A stretch of 64,000 bases of DNA from Lingula anatina (GCA_051362555.1 CM120645.1:23960934-24024933); one strand, 5' to 3'; shown: positions 10,779-24,600, counted from the stretch's first letter. The notes: generated from the sequence alone by a model not told the origin. A program made the numbers and translations.

Positions 10779-10915
10779 GACAATATAGATACATTGTACA
10801 ATAATATAACAATATAGATACATTGTACAATAATATGACAATATAGATGCATTGTACGATAATATAACAATATAGATACATTGTTCATTATATAACAATA
10901 TAGAAACATTGTAGC
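10779..10915. repeat. ~29-bp tandem repeat (about 5 copies) abutting the acceptor
   Basis: acaatatagatacattgtacaataatat units. Confidence 0.85.
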
Positions 10916-12369
10916 TGATAGTAAGAATACTATGAATACAATTTTTCAATGTACAATCTGATATAATGACTAGTAGTCCTAAAGAGAGACTGCTGAACTT
11001 TTATTTCTATATCAATATGGCAGGCTGCAGTTTGAAGTTGAGGCAAATATCTCAAGTATTTGAAGAGCTATTTTACAACTTCTCCAAGAGAGTAAGAAAA
11101 TAATCCATGCATGCAAATAGTCATTCCCAGTCTCCTGTTTACATAGAGGTCTAACTTAAGCCAGTGCATAGAAAAATGGGGTGCAAAAAGGTCAAGGGAT
11201 CAAAGCACCTGTTCCCTGGACAGTGTATTTCAGAAAGTATTAAAATGAGTAATGACAAATAAATTATGCTCTTAAAGACTATTTTGGGAAATATATAAAT
11301 AGTTATAAATGACAGCACATGGGTATATTAAAAGGCTCTAATCTGTAAAAATCTTTATATATCATCCTTTACTCGAAATCTTTACTCGAAATGTTTTAAA
11401 ATCTGATCAAAATCAGTTTTTCAAGAGAACCACTGCAAAAGCTGGGGTGTGCAAGAACAAATACAGATCTTCAAGACAAGAAACAATACAACAGACTGAA
11501 AGGGTTTCCAACAAACTGACAATTTTATCAGGTAGAGGCAGGAGCTTGCTGACTTGAGACATAAAACATGTTTGATTCTTGTTTCAATAAAGCCCAACAC
11601 ACACAAGCAGCAAGCTGAGTTATCAGTCATTTAAGACCTACAGCTCAGCTGGTATCTCTCCTGTGATCTGGCTTTCTCAAGACAAACATGTAAACAGTGT
11701 GCAATAGGGTTCAGGTTGGATAGTATGCAAGCACAAGGTATTGCCCTCACCCCCAACCAACCCAGGTAGTATTGAAAAGGTTAACAGTTTCTAAAGAGAC
11801 ATGTTTCAACCTGTGAGGCATGACATTTTCAGCCTTTATCACATGACTGCCTTTTCCATGGAAGCTTTGTCTCACAGATATAAACAGGTTTCATCTCTTG
11901 AGATATGATTTACCTTTCTACCACATTTATAGGAGAGACAATGAAAAACCCAATCACACCACAGAGATAAAACAGTTCACCATGGCTCATGTTACTACAA
12001 GTATATCTCCTTGCAACCACAGGGAAATATCTTGGGGACATTTACACACAATTCCAACCAACCCCAACCTCTGGTATCACTTTCAAGCTTAGGTGACCCT
12101 ACAATTATTTCTCTCATACATTCAAGTTAGAAGTATTTTTCAGGTGCTAGATGGAAACATTTTACTGGAATATCCAAAGTTTCAAGGATGCTAGTACAAA
12201 ATAAAACTGACCGAAAAAATAACCAAATGTGGACGAACTGGAACCGCTTGTAAACCTGCATAAAATTTGGAAGAATTGGAATTGTGGGAGCACCTATAAC
12301 AAATTTGAATGCATTGGAATTGTGTGTAGACCAATGTGTAATAGCCTGCCCACCACCTGCATGACTTAC

Positions 12370-12417
12370 AAATCTAGCCACAGGAGGTTCACTAAAGACA
12401 CTGTCCTCAGACTCAGA
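12370..12417 (-). CDS. MAGI: Candidate MAGI 48-nt cassette exon (SESEDSVFSEPPVARF)
   Basis: tttttctttccaccttgtag acceptor, TTT|gtaagt donor, phase 0 to 0 matching both flanking exons. Confidence 0.6.
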
Positions 12418-12645
12418 CTACAAGGTGGAAAGAAAAACATTCCAACTCAATGTACAACAATGCAAAGCAATAAAACAAATTGATAATTCTTTAAGAGTGT
12501 CATAATAAAATGTTTATGCAATAATTAATGAACCAAAAATTAGACCAGAAAAGGAACAAAATGTCAAATTGCATGCACCATGCAACTCAGATGCAGTTAA
12601 AAATGCAAATTAACTTCAATAATTTTTTTATCAGCCTCTACAGAC

Positions 12646-12789
12646 CTGTGACCCAGATTGCATTCTCCTCCTGGCCAGCTCTTTATGCCTCTCTAAGATC
12701 TGCTGATTGACAGGGTCCCCCCTTCTCATAGAATCTGTCTCCCCCATAGCTGGATATGCCATGGCATTGATCATGGAGCTCTGGGACCC
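12646..12789 (-). CDS. MAGI: MAGI exon, PDZ4-PDZ5 linker
   Basis: GSQSSMINAMAYPAM...RRRMQSGSQ; tgcag acceptor, CAG|gtctgt donor; 144 nt, phase 0 to 0. Confidence 0.8.
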
Positions 12790-13062
12790 CTGCACAAGAA
12801 ATGTGCAACCTGTACACATCTAAGCAGACGTATCAAATAAATCTACACTACTGCTTTAACTTAAAGAAGCAAAATTATCCCCATAACTTTCTTAGAAGAT
12901 TTGAATTCAGATTGTACAAATAGAAAGACAGAGAAGCAAATGAATGAAATAAATGTATGTTAGACTGATGATGAATGGTTTATAAAATATTTTTTAATGA
13001 TTAGCAATAAAAGACATACAGACAAAACATCATTAACTTCTGAGAGTTGCAGTTATTCTTAC

Positions 13063-13100
13063 CCTTTGTGAAGATACTGGAGTATTGGTAGGGTTTTCTT
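13063..13100 (-). CDS. MAGI: MAGI small linker exon (EENPTNTPVSSQR)
   Basis: tttttcag and AGG|gtaag; 38 nt converts phase 1 to phase 0, which is required to join the neighbouring exons. Confidence 0.8.
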
Positions 13101-13388
13101 CTGAAAAACAAATGATAACAGATAATCAATTTTTCCCTTCAAGAGTGTTCCAAATCTATAAATACTTGTTGAAGAATGCCAAACCAGATTCTGTTTCAAA
13201 TGTATCCAATGACCGTCACCATTCCCAGCATCTGACCATACAAATACATGCCTACAATATTTCTGTGAACATCATCTTATCTATCAATTTTAAAATATAC
13301 AAAGGAAAAGAAATAAAAAATTCTGATCCCAACTCCCTTCTTTGGTTTTCATGAACTCAAAACCATAGCAATTCTCTACCAACTGTCA

Positions 13389-13745
<357 letters not shown>

Positions 13746-15325
13746 TTAGTTCCTTAGATGATACCAGGCAGTGAAAACTAGACACAATATAGTCCATTAA
13801 AAAAAAAAAAAAAAGAAACAAAACAAAAAGAACACATTTACTACCTATAAATACAGATATAAATATGAGTTTACCTCTGACGGGTTAATAGCCATTGAAT
13901 GAAAAGCTTTCTGTGGCACTGGCAGACTTTCTCATTTTTGGGAGAAATCCACCAAGTTTGCATATTAAAATATGCATTAATTTAGCTCCATAGAAATTAA
14001 AAGTCCTCCCGCACTTCAAGCCAGTTTAATAGCCTTTTAAATCCCACAAGCTTATTTGCAAAGTACATGAAATGCCCCTGAGTAACCTTATCTCAAACCT
14101 AAATAGAATCTTAACATTTCTAGAGCATGCCTCAACAAAGTGGTACTTGGAAAAAATCCTTAATTGGATAAAAATCTGGCAGCAAAGTATCTAGAGGTTC
14201 TTCTAAACTAAAACAATGCACAGGGACAAATACTGTGGAACTACCCGGTAACTAAATTTCATGTCACAAATCAGCACTGATATTTCACAAACTATAGCAT
14301 GCAACTTATAAAATATACAAAAACTAAGGTTTAACCTATTTCGCATGCACTAGCGCAACACAGAGAAAGAAGAAAAACCCAGCATTAGAGTGAAATTTTA
14401 CACTTTTTTTACAACAATTGAAATCAAACAAAGAACAACTTATTCAGTTAATAGTGTAAGCATATTTTTCTATTATTTTTCATTTTAAAAATTTTAAAAT
14501 ATGTAGAGTATTTAGCTGGTTTTTCTTCTCTTGCTCTGTATACAAGCTAAACATAAATTGAGTGTCTTGGCAACAAAGCTGCTTGAAGTCTTGAGAAATA
14601 AGTAAGCTCAAAGAAATTATGTTGTTTAGTGACAAAAATTTAGAACAGAAACTTTTCATGGAGAATACAATCTTAAAATGTGCAATCTTACCTGTTCTTT
14701 AGTAAACAAAGAAGTGACTAGTAAATTTCTCCAAAGTTTTAGGTTGTTTAATGATATCAATGTCTCAATAATAAATGGCATTTCATGAAATAAATTTAAT
14801 TTGTAATTTAACAATTTAGTTTTGAAATATGTTGAATTAGTTTTTCTAAGCTCACTTTGTTCTTTGACATCAGCCAGTCTGGTATAAACATAGATGATCC
14901 AAGTCATTTTCTCTCCACATGCAAAAACTTCATTTCAATTACAAACAGAAAGGATTTGCAAAATATTTTCCCCTTTTCATCCATTATTATACTATCATCT
15001 TTATCTCTTAATTTTAAAACCCTCGGACTTGAAAAAACATTCACCAATTTATTCAAATCTGAAAACCTCAGCAAACAATTTTGATGCCTTCTTTCAAAAC
15101 CAATTTGTGTTGAGGGTAAAGTGTGGATTTTTCAGTAACACATAAACATGACAGTTTATGCATACAGAGAGAAATTATCATCCTGGATCAACTCATGACC
15201 TTCCACCATGCTATGAAGAATTAGTAAAAAACCATATTAGAGACAAAAGATGTCAAAATAAACAGTAGGGAGACAGGCAAGGTTAAAATATTCCAATCTA
15301 GTTATTTCTTGTCCCCGTTCCTCAC

Positions 15326-15391
15326 CAATTCGCGGAGGTGGATGTGGTTTAGTACTGCCATCCTTGTTGGTATCGTTAACTTTATCCTGGC
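15326..15391 (-). CDS. MAGI: Candidate MAGI 66-nt cassette exon inside PDZ4 (GQDKVNDTNKDGSTKPHPPPRI)
   Basis: actttcag acceptor, TTG|gtgagg donor, phase 1 to 1, open frame. Confidence 0.6.
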
Positions 15392-16013
15392 CTGAAAGTA
15401 TTGTAGTATACACAATGTTGTATGCCATAACTGAAGATAATCAAATCTACTGACCTCACTCTGATCCAACTTGTCCGTTTAATTATTTTTGACCATATTT
15501 TCCATTTGGTTGCTATAATTTTTTCATTTAGCAAACAATTTCATTCAGAATATTTTGGCTTTTTCTGTTTTTTCTTTTTTTTTTCTAAATCTTATTGTTC
15601 CAACAAGCAAATTGATGTTTGCAGTCCAATTCATCATATATCCATACCAAATCTCTACATTGAGTACTATGTTAAAAGACTACAAGTCACTCAATTTTCT
15701 TACATGACCACACAAGTCATATTTTATGTTCTAGATCTAGCTGAAGTTAGCAGAGTGAGACCAGTATAAACTAATACTACCAAACAGTAACAGAATCCAA
15801 CCACTGCAATCAAACTCTGCCCAGCCACGTGATTGTGCGGGAATCAAAATATGGGATGAATCAAAGATATATAATAGAATATATATATAATCATAAATAT
15901 GTGATACAATAAATAAATCATGTCATGCAAACTATAATTGCTTTTTATACTGAAGGATAATAACTGCCAGTTGAATAGTAACAACTATAAGAATATGCTT
16001 AAAAGATGTGTAA

Positions 16014-16016
<3 letters not shown>

Positions 16017-16048
<32 letters not shown>
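16017..16048. repeat. (AT)n microsatellite
   Basis: about 16 AT units. Confidence 0.95.
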
Positions 16049-16052
<4 letters not shown>

Positions 16053-16986
16053 GGGTATTGTACCCACGTAGAAGATTATACAAACTTTTTGATTCAATTT
16101 TGCCAAATTACAAGAAATAAAGATATATAGATAGCTGTGGCTGAGGGTGGAGGGTTGTGGGGTGCAGCAAGATTGGTGGTTATTATATGGGTTTGCCTGA
16201 AAGTGGATTCAGTCAACCACCATTTAAAAGGTTACCTGGAATTTAGCTGACCTTACTGAAATAAACTCCCCTGCTTCAAGTCTCTCTAAACAAACCCCAT
16301 GCTTCACCCACCTATTGAAAACTACCCATTTTGTCTTCTTAATCCATCACCAGAAGAGACAAACACCCCAGAAAAAACACCTTCAGTCTTTTATAACTAA
16401 ATTAAACCCACTTCACCAACTATACCCATAACTATGCTACTGTTACGACAATAGGGTCTCAACTTCATAATTTAATAAAACTTTGCAGATATTTTTATAC
16501 GATAATGGTACCCCTCCCCCTCTCTTCTCCTTGTGTGCTTAAACTTCAGTTTTCAATGCCTTAAAAACTTTTCTAATCTGTAAAAAGTGGATGTTGTATA
16601 TGTTATTTCCTGCTTGGTAATTTCATCACAGCATCTAATAAAAGCTTTATGCAGTGTGAACAGCAGGCATATACATTTAAGTGATGGCTGTTATACATTT
16701 TGTTATAAACTGCAATGCATTTTACACCAAAGCAGCAACCACTTAACATTTTTGCTCAACATCCATCTTCCTTCCCACCTTACTAATCCAAGAAATATTT
16801 TTCAAAATTCCCAAAAGGCTTAAGATAACCAACCCATGTCTGACAATTCCAACATCAAAGGACTTTAAAAATACCGCCCCAACTTCCAATTTTACTTGCA
16901 TTTTCTCCTCTTTGAAAATCTTTACAATAAACTTTATATTATGATGGCCAAAGAAAAGTAACAAACCCCCCTCTTCCTCCACTTAC

Positions 16987-17115
16987 CTATGTTGCTGCCA
17001 GACTTTGTCACTGAAGAAATGATGACAAAGCCAAAGCCTTCGTTATCACGCCGTGTGACAGAGACGTTGTACGGGAATGTCGGCATGCCATCTGGCTGGC
17101 TCTGAAATGATGTGT
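16987..17115 (-). CDS. MAGI: MAGI exon, PDZ4 first part
   Basis: FPYNVSVTRRDNEGFGFVIISSVTKSGSNI; cctttcag acceptor, G|gtaagt donor; 129 nt. Confidence 0.92.
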
Positions 17116-18327
17116 CTGAAAGGCAGGAGAAAAGTTTTCTAAACACTGATGGCATTTTTGAAATTACTTTCATAAAATATTCAACTGTTTTCACAGGTTT
17201 CCGCGCGAAAGAAAAAATCGCTGTGCATGTGTAACTCCAGATATTCTTCACTTCTGGTAATGTCCTCCTTTTCCAGCTGTCCTAGTTGTGACATGGTGTG
17301 TAGATTGAGCTTCAAATGCACTCATTTTTGGACACCCTCAGTGTAGCTGCTCTCAAGGTAAGAGCTTCCGAAGCATATTGTATTTCTATGCTTTATAAGC
17401 TAATTTTTTCATAACCTCAGTCTCCTTCAAGTACTATACACACTATAAGCGTACTTGGATTTTTGTACAAATAAAATGCCTGATAAAATGTTCAACATCT
17501 CTGTCCATAAAGTAAAGATCTCTGTGCGACAGTCTTGTCTCGAACCGTTATACCAAACTAACTAACCCTCAACCATTACGCTTATCTGTGGCACATTTAA
17601 CTACCGGTAGATAAAAAGAAATGAACTTTTTCTTTCAAACATTACAATGTTGTTTAATCAAGCTCACTTGATAGATCTCATTTTGATATCCTAAATCAAT
17701 AAAACCTTGTTTAATTTGAACTCGGTATAAACCAAATTCCAAACAAAGCAGTTATTCGTCCAGCTTAGGGGTAAGAGTACTTGTTGATAGCAGCCAGGGG
17801 CAGTAAAAAAAACCAGTATTGTTGTTATCTTAAAATGAGCATTAATTCAAAATTGAATGGTGTACTATGAAACCTTTTAAATCCCTGTAACGGCCATCTG
17901 GGAGGATTTATGTGTAAACTAATGTAAACTGAGGATTACTTCTCTTCAGCCAATATGCTTATTTACTTTCAGTCAAAAGGAAAAATACTTAAACAAGATA
18001 AACTATAATGACCTGTTTTTACACCAATTTTATGTACTTCTTACAAGAACAATTATTTTTTGGGGTCAAGATGACAAAAAGCTTGTCGCCATGGGAACAA
18101 ACAATACAAGGCTGCAATCTGAGGGCTTTCAAATTTTTATCCTGCAACTTTTCACAAATTTTAACTCCTTTATGCAGTCAATTAATGAAAATCAACTGAT
18201 TTCTTTTACAAACAAAAGTTATTCATCTTTTTTCTTTCATTTCAACCTCAAGTCTATCAAAATTCTTGCCAGTCTAACAAAAGTCACAACTCAAACAAGA
18301 GGAGCAGACGACATCCAGTGTACTCAC

Positions 18328-18523
18328 CCCTACTACTGGGTATCCTCCTTCTGACCACTAACGTCACACACCCCTTCTGCCCCGCGGCCCCCATCAGTTC
18401 TACCACCTTGTGGTGAGAGGCGTTAAGCACAGGTTGACCATCCACGGTTACTATCTCGTCACCTGTCCGCAGTCGGCCGTCCATCTCAGAGGCTCCTCCT
18501 GGGACAATGTGACCAACTGACAC
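18328..18523 (-). CDS. MAGI: MAGI exon, PDZ3 second part
   Basis: VSVGHIVPGGASEMDGRLRTGDEIVTVDG...SHHKVVELM; 196 nt; G|gtgagt donor. Confidence 0.94.
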
Positions 18524-19004
18524 CTGGTAGATAAAACAGGAATTATGTTTATGTAAAGAAACATTGCAAACTATTTTTCATCCTTATAAAATTATTTTTA
18601 ATTAATTAGATGCTGCACCTTAAACTTACAGAGGAAATCTCAAAATAAATACATTCTTTTTTTCCAGTAATACTATAACTGACCCCAACATTGCTAATGA
18701 CAGAGGATTTAACACTGATTTCAAAAATATGTTCTGAATATTCAACACACGTTTTAACTTCAGCAAGAAGTTGCTTTTAATCTATCTGATGAACTATCAG
18801 CAATAAACTAAGTCAGAGAATAAACTTAGTAAGGTTACACTGCACTGTGAATACTGCAGTAAGCTTCTTTCTCTCCTATCTTACTAAAAGACAACATTGC
18901 CACTTATTGGAACAGACGGTATAACAGTAAATAAACAATACAAGGGTGTGACAAATGTGCTGATTGTGTTTGCTGACATAAAACAAGACAAGTCACATCC
19001 TTAC

Positions 19005-20131
19005 CTGTGAGCCCTCTTCAGTGCCACCTATGATCCTGAATCCAAACCCATTCTCGTGTTTCCTCAAGAACACGGTCATCTCCGCGTAGTCCTCAGGTCT
19101 TCCAGGTCCTCTGTGAGGCGGGGGTGGCTGAGAGCCACGGGATATGTTCCCCATCCCCGGGGAGGAAGCCCCTGGGGAGTACTGCCGTGCCATTGGGGGC
19201 ATTCGTGCCGGCACTGGTTCTGCGTGCTCGAAGGAAGTGCTGCGATTTTTATTTGACCTTTGACCTGGCGACATCCCAGGATGATAGAGGGGGTCATGGG
19301 GTGCGTATCTGGACTGAGGTTGATGATATGGTGCAGGTGCCTGCTGCAGATGATGGGGGTGAGGAGGGGGGTAATTCTGGGGGTAGTTCTGTGGGGAGGG
19401 GTGGTACCTGTCCCCAGGGTGATGGGGGAGAGGTGGAGGGGGGTACTTCCCATGCTGCTGAGGGGGGAAATGTTCATGTGGCCCTGAGTGAGAAGAAGAT
19501 CTGCTGTGATACCCACTACTACCATGGTGGTTTGGTAGAGGTCCCAGGGGGGGTTCTGTGTGTTTGGGCTGCATATATCTAGATGCTGGGATAAAGTCTG
19601 GGGTGCCACTGATATTCAAGTGGTCATGTGTTGGGGTGCGACTCCTCATCTCCTGTGGGTTTGGCGTTTTAGACCTCTGGTGGAGATGATCTGCGCCATG
19701 TTGTCGCCCCATGTGATCAGGACCTGGCGTGCGACTGCGATACTCTCTCCTGTTAGGCTCAGGTCCAAACCTTGCAAACTCGTGTTCCTCAAAAGCCCTG
19801 GGGTCTGGCCTGTACTGAGGGGGGTGGGGGTCCCTCCTGGGGTCATACCCCCCTGAATGATTCACCTCCGGCCTGTAAGAGTTCTCCAGCCCACCCCTGG
19901 GGTGCTGCCTGGGCATATCTGACTGCTCCTGGTCTGTGAAGGGTGGCCTGTTGTTGGGATAGTACCCCTGTCCTGCATTGAAGTACTCCCTGGAAGGACT
20001 CTGTCTCCCACTGATGGTCGACTGGTTGGGGTTGTCTGGGGTCGGGGTCTTGGCAGGGTCGTCAGCAGTTGGGCCACGGTCTGGTGTAGGAGTTCTACTT
20101 CTGTTGCTTACTTGGCTGTCATTAAACAGAT
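19005..20131 (-). CDS. MAGI: MAGI large exon, Pro/His-rich PDZ2-PDZ3 linker plus start of PDZ3
   Basis: 1127 nt, phase 1 to 0; ends VFLRKHENGFGFRIIGGTEEGSQ; ctcttcag acceptor, CAG|gtaagg donor. Confidence 0.93.
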
Positions 20132-21603
20132 CTGAAGAGAGAGAAATGTACAGTCCAGTCACATGCTACTTTAATGGCGACATGCATGTAAAGCTATATA
20201 CAAATTAAGTTCTATTACTTCCATAGCTTCTTTGGCTGTCATTAAACTATGCTGAAACCAGAAATAAATTAGTAAAGTTATTTTTCAGCAATGACAACAA
20301 TCAGTTTACATTGGCACACATAAGGCAACAGCAACTTAGACTGTTATTTTTAAAAAAATCTGGCAGCAGAAAGGACTCCTTGGCAAGGGTCTGGTATGTG
20401 TCTCTTCTCAATCACAAACCACAACCACAACTTGATTACAAGCCTAAATATATCTTACAGCAGAAAATTTCAAGTTTTTAGCCCTCTCGGAAAATTCACC
20501 AGCAGGTTGTCCCTTCTTGAGTTCACACTATTACAGCACAAATCAGCGTTGTACTATATCTCCCCCGCCCTTCTGGATGGCTCCTAATGGCCTACATCAT
20601 GGCAGCTTTCCCAAATTTATGCATCTAAATCGCACACTTAAAATGTGGCAAAGTACTACGCCATCACGGCCACGTGCAGTGTTACACACATTTATCAGGG
20701 GTTCAACAACATTCTCCTTTCCTGCTATTTAACTAAATGCTAGCAGCGAGAAATAAATATTTGGCTGAAAAACAAAAATCAGTCTGCAATGTGGTTTAGT
20801 AATTGTACAAATAAACACCACAGTTTAGGACAGGGACCTCGTTCCTCCACTGCTTTCATAACGCCCCGTTTTCAGTACAATTGTCTGAGAATAAGTTTCA
20901 ATGCTTGGAGAAATTTGGAGAAAAAAAAGATGTTTTTATTCAACTAGGGTGCAATTTTTCACTTGGATGCATCTTGATAACAGAATGGGTGCACTGCCAC
21001 TAAAATCTACAGACATCTAGAATTCATATATATTTACACCGACACCTCTTTTGAGATGACACCAATATATATGTTGACATACATATAACAAAGAGTGGTA
21101 ACTTTAAAGATCTACTACAAATGCTCTGGTTCTCCATCGCTCTGATGTCAAATGTCTAGCGTAAATAGCATGTTTTTGGCGCACGCTACCAAGAGAACCA
21201 GTCTAGGGCTAATGTGTTCAGTCGTGGCAGCAGAAATTATTTCACGTAAAAGTTAAGAGCTGGTTCATTTAGCTAAAGGAGTCAATTTTCTCCCTGCTAA
21301 TTCACTGGAAAAACTTCATAATTCAATATTCTTGTGAAAACACACTAGCTGGAAGATATTTTCAGATGTTTATGAAAAGGCCTTGTCAAAAAATCAGTCA
21401 AAGGAATTGATTTCCATAACTAGCTGACAGACGAAAAGGCATCTCGTGGACCTGACAAACACTGTCGACTCTCTCTCTCTCTATCCCTTGCTCTCCCCTC
21501 CTCCTTCCTTCTCTTTCCCATCCTCCTCCTTTTCTCTCTCTCTCTCTCTCACACACTCACACACACAGCAATAAATCATCACCAGTTGCCCATCTTCACC
21601 TAC

Positions 21604-21640
21604 CTCTGAAGCCAACACAATCTAAAAGCCGCAAGGACAT
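21604..21640 (-). CDS. MAGI: Candidate alternative first coding exon of MAGI (MSLRLLDCVGFR)
   Basis: aaaATG context, GAG|gtaggt donor, phase 1 in frame with the 20131 exon. Confidence 0.5.
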
Positions 21641-24600
21641 TTTTCTAAGATCCAAACAAAGAAACTGTCTCTCCTTTAACTTAAATGGCTCCTGCGTATC
21701 AGTATTCCAGCTCTCAATTTTTTCAAAGATGTCAACATTCTCAGACCGTAGCCTGAAGCCTTCACATTCCCCCAATGAAATATCTATGCAGCTGATCTAT
21801 GGCCTGTGATAATTTTCCACACTGGTAATTTTGTAGATAAATCCCCCTGACATTCTATGATATTGAAACAGCCATGCACATCAAAACTGACGTCTCCATT
21901 TTTGACGAAGTTGAAGTGATTATTCCAGACTGAGAGTATAAAATTCTTTCATGTGACTTCTTGTGTCACCAGTTGAGTGGTAATTTACAGGCAAACTATA
22001 TTCAAAGCAATCTCCAGCAAATTTCCTCATGAATCTTCTTAAGTAAAAATAAATCCAGCATTGATTTAAAATTCCATGTGCATACAAATAAAATTCAAGA
22101 CTCCTGCAAATATCCCCAAGAATTTTTAACATGAGAATGTTATAGCTACAAAATTTTAAAATGTTCAAAATGGGCAGACGACAATTTGACAGCAGCAGAC
22201 GTCTTCATCATGTCCTGAGGCAGACTGCTACGTGTCCTGAGGATTTTTGCAGAAACAATAACTTGAAATGATACGCTGTCTAAATCAACGGTCAACATGA
22301 AGACACTGAGTCCTACACAATTTGTGCTATAAGATAAGTGTGGTACTGAAATTACTGATAAGATACCAATCTTGACATGTCAAATCCTAACGCCATTGTT
22401 TAGAGGAAGGGAGGGGGGGGGGGTTTGTAAGACATCCTTCAGCTCAGTCCCAGTCAGGATAAGATGCATATCTAGATATCTCAATAGAACCATGACTCCA
22501 TAGTTCTCCATGCTCTGATAACTCTTATGACAAGCCTGACTTGTAGACTTCAATTAATGTCTTATTCATCCTGATACCTTAATGGATTGTTTCTCAACAG
22601 AATTGTAAGGACAGTTCCCCAAAATTCAAAAACAATGTAGTATGAACAAATGCAAATTAAGACTGCTCCCATAAAATTCCACATTATAACAGCTTTGCAA
22701 AATTCCTTTGACCATTAAAAACTTCACAGACTAAAGAACAGTGTCTTATTCCATGCCCAAGTCAAAATTCCATGCCCAAGTCAAATTAAAGACAGGACCC
22801 TCTCTTTCAAGCCCAAGTCCCATACAAAAGATGAACTGTGTCCATGAAGAGGACACTACAACATCATCTCTGTCTTCTCTGGTCTAGAAACAGGAACAGG
22901 TTCCCCCTCTTTTCTCATTAAACCTGGACCTGGCTACACGGTAATGGCCTTGGTGCATGCTAGTTTGGATATATAGAAACTGGACAATTTATTTTTAATC
23001 TAATCTTGACTTAAACACGGGTCAGTGGTATATACATGAATGATTAGCACAGGGACAGGGAGGGCCATTAACTTAATTAGTTTTTTCATTTTAACTGATC
23101 AATCCTAAGAAGTTTTTTCCCCTCCAGTCTTATATCAATATCCATAGTGACAGAGAAGTATTGCTTGGTATAATATGTAGATACCATGACTGCTTTGCTG
23201 TATTCCATATTATATTAACATGCAATCAAAATGAATAGTTTCAAACACATTCATTTTAACGTTCTTCATACTTCACAACTCACATGATGGGCAGTTCTAA
23301 AAACTTGAAGTTCTTTTTCCTTGCTGCCACATAAAAAAACATGTAGCTTTTCTGTGCTCTCTCTAGTGCATAAATTGTGTAAAACTGTGAGAACTTGTGG
23401 CCTTAATTCCACTTGCACATAGCCTAGAGAACATTGGGTTACATCTCCACTCTGACAGTCAACAAAATATTTCACATGACCCTGCAGGAAAACTACGCTT
23501 TTCCATTAAACATGAAATGTTTTACATAACCTGTCATCTTATTTTTTCCACCATCTCTATTTACTCCCAAATCAAAGGTCATAATGATTTTTAAACCCTT
23601 ACCAGCCTTTAGACAGCACACGCCTCCACTCTCACATGTCCAATATTTGAACAACTTCCAGTAAAACAGGCCTACCTGTAAAGCACTGAAGTTTACGTAT
23701 TCTGGCAGAAGTTCAACAACGTAGCAAACATGATTACCACTGAAAGGGGCAAATTCTTTTAACTGCCATTATGTTTTTATATTTTTATAAAACAGCTTCA
23801 CAGAAATCTGTCAAAATCTATTGCACTCTTTTCTTTCTCCTTGCCCTCCTTCTCTAACCCTACATTTTCTATAATTAAACCAAATCTGTCAACACTTTCA
23901 TAATCATCTTAACATTTTTTACCAAACCCATTTCTGCACGCTTTTAACTCTGTTTTGGCAATTTACATTACTCCTAGTGGCGACAGGGAGTAACATAGTA
24001 AACTACACAACTGGTAGGTCTATAGAATACTAAGTGATATGTTATATATTAGAGAAAAACAACATTATCAAAGGTGGCTTACTATACTTATAAACAGTTC
24101 CAGACCCGAACATACCTCAAGTTGGAAGTCGTCCAGCTAAATCAGTCTTTTATCCTCCAAAACTGTAAACCTCCCTCCTCTCTACCAAATCTCATCACTT
24201 TGCAGAGATGTCCCACTCTGATGTAGATCAAATATCCAGTATCATACTTCGACACTTCCAGGTAGACTTAACCCTAGTACAACTGTATACTCCAAGCTAC
24301 CACTTTGTTCCTCTATTTAACCACTTAGGGTTCATTCCCAATGTAACTCTCAATTCCAATGAATTCATGAAATCACCAGCTTTTGTGTATTGTACTCAAT
24401 CCCAGGAAAAGGGGTGTTAATCTCTTAATCACATTACACTCAGCAAGAGTCCCTTCAGAGCTGAAGCGACCTACGTAAAACAATATTTTTATTGGGAACG
24501 ATCCCTTTTTAAGTAGAAACCATACCTTGGTATCAAATGTCTCTCCCTTGTCATAAACAAGCAGATATTTGTAGTACAGTCACAAGTCTCTTTATAATCT

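Noticed and set aside
12127-12254. Acceptor-like site with open frame VYKRFQF...
   Set aside because: No phase-compatible donor and intron-like composition
17140-17346. Possible Tc1/mariner-like inverted termini (acactga...tcagtgt)
   Set aside because: Match too short and degenerate, with no clear target duplication
19056-20208. Many overlapping ORFs on both strands
   Set aside because: By-products of the GC-rich MAGI exon; no independent homology recognised
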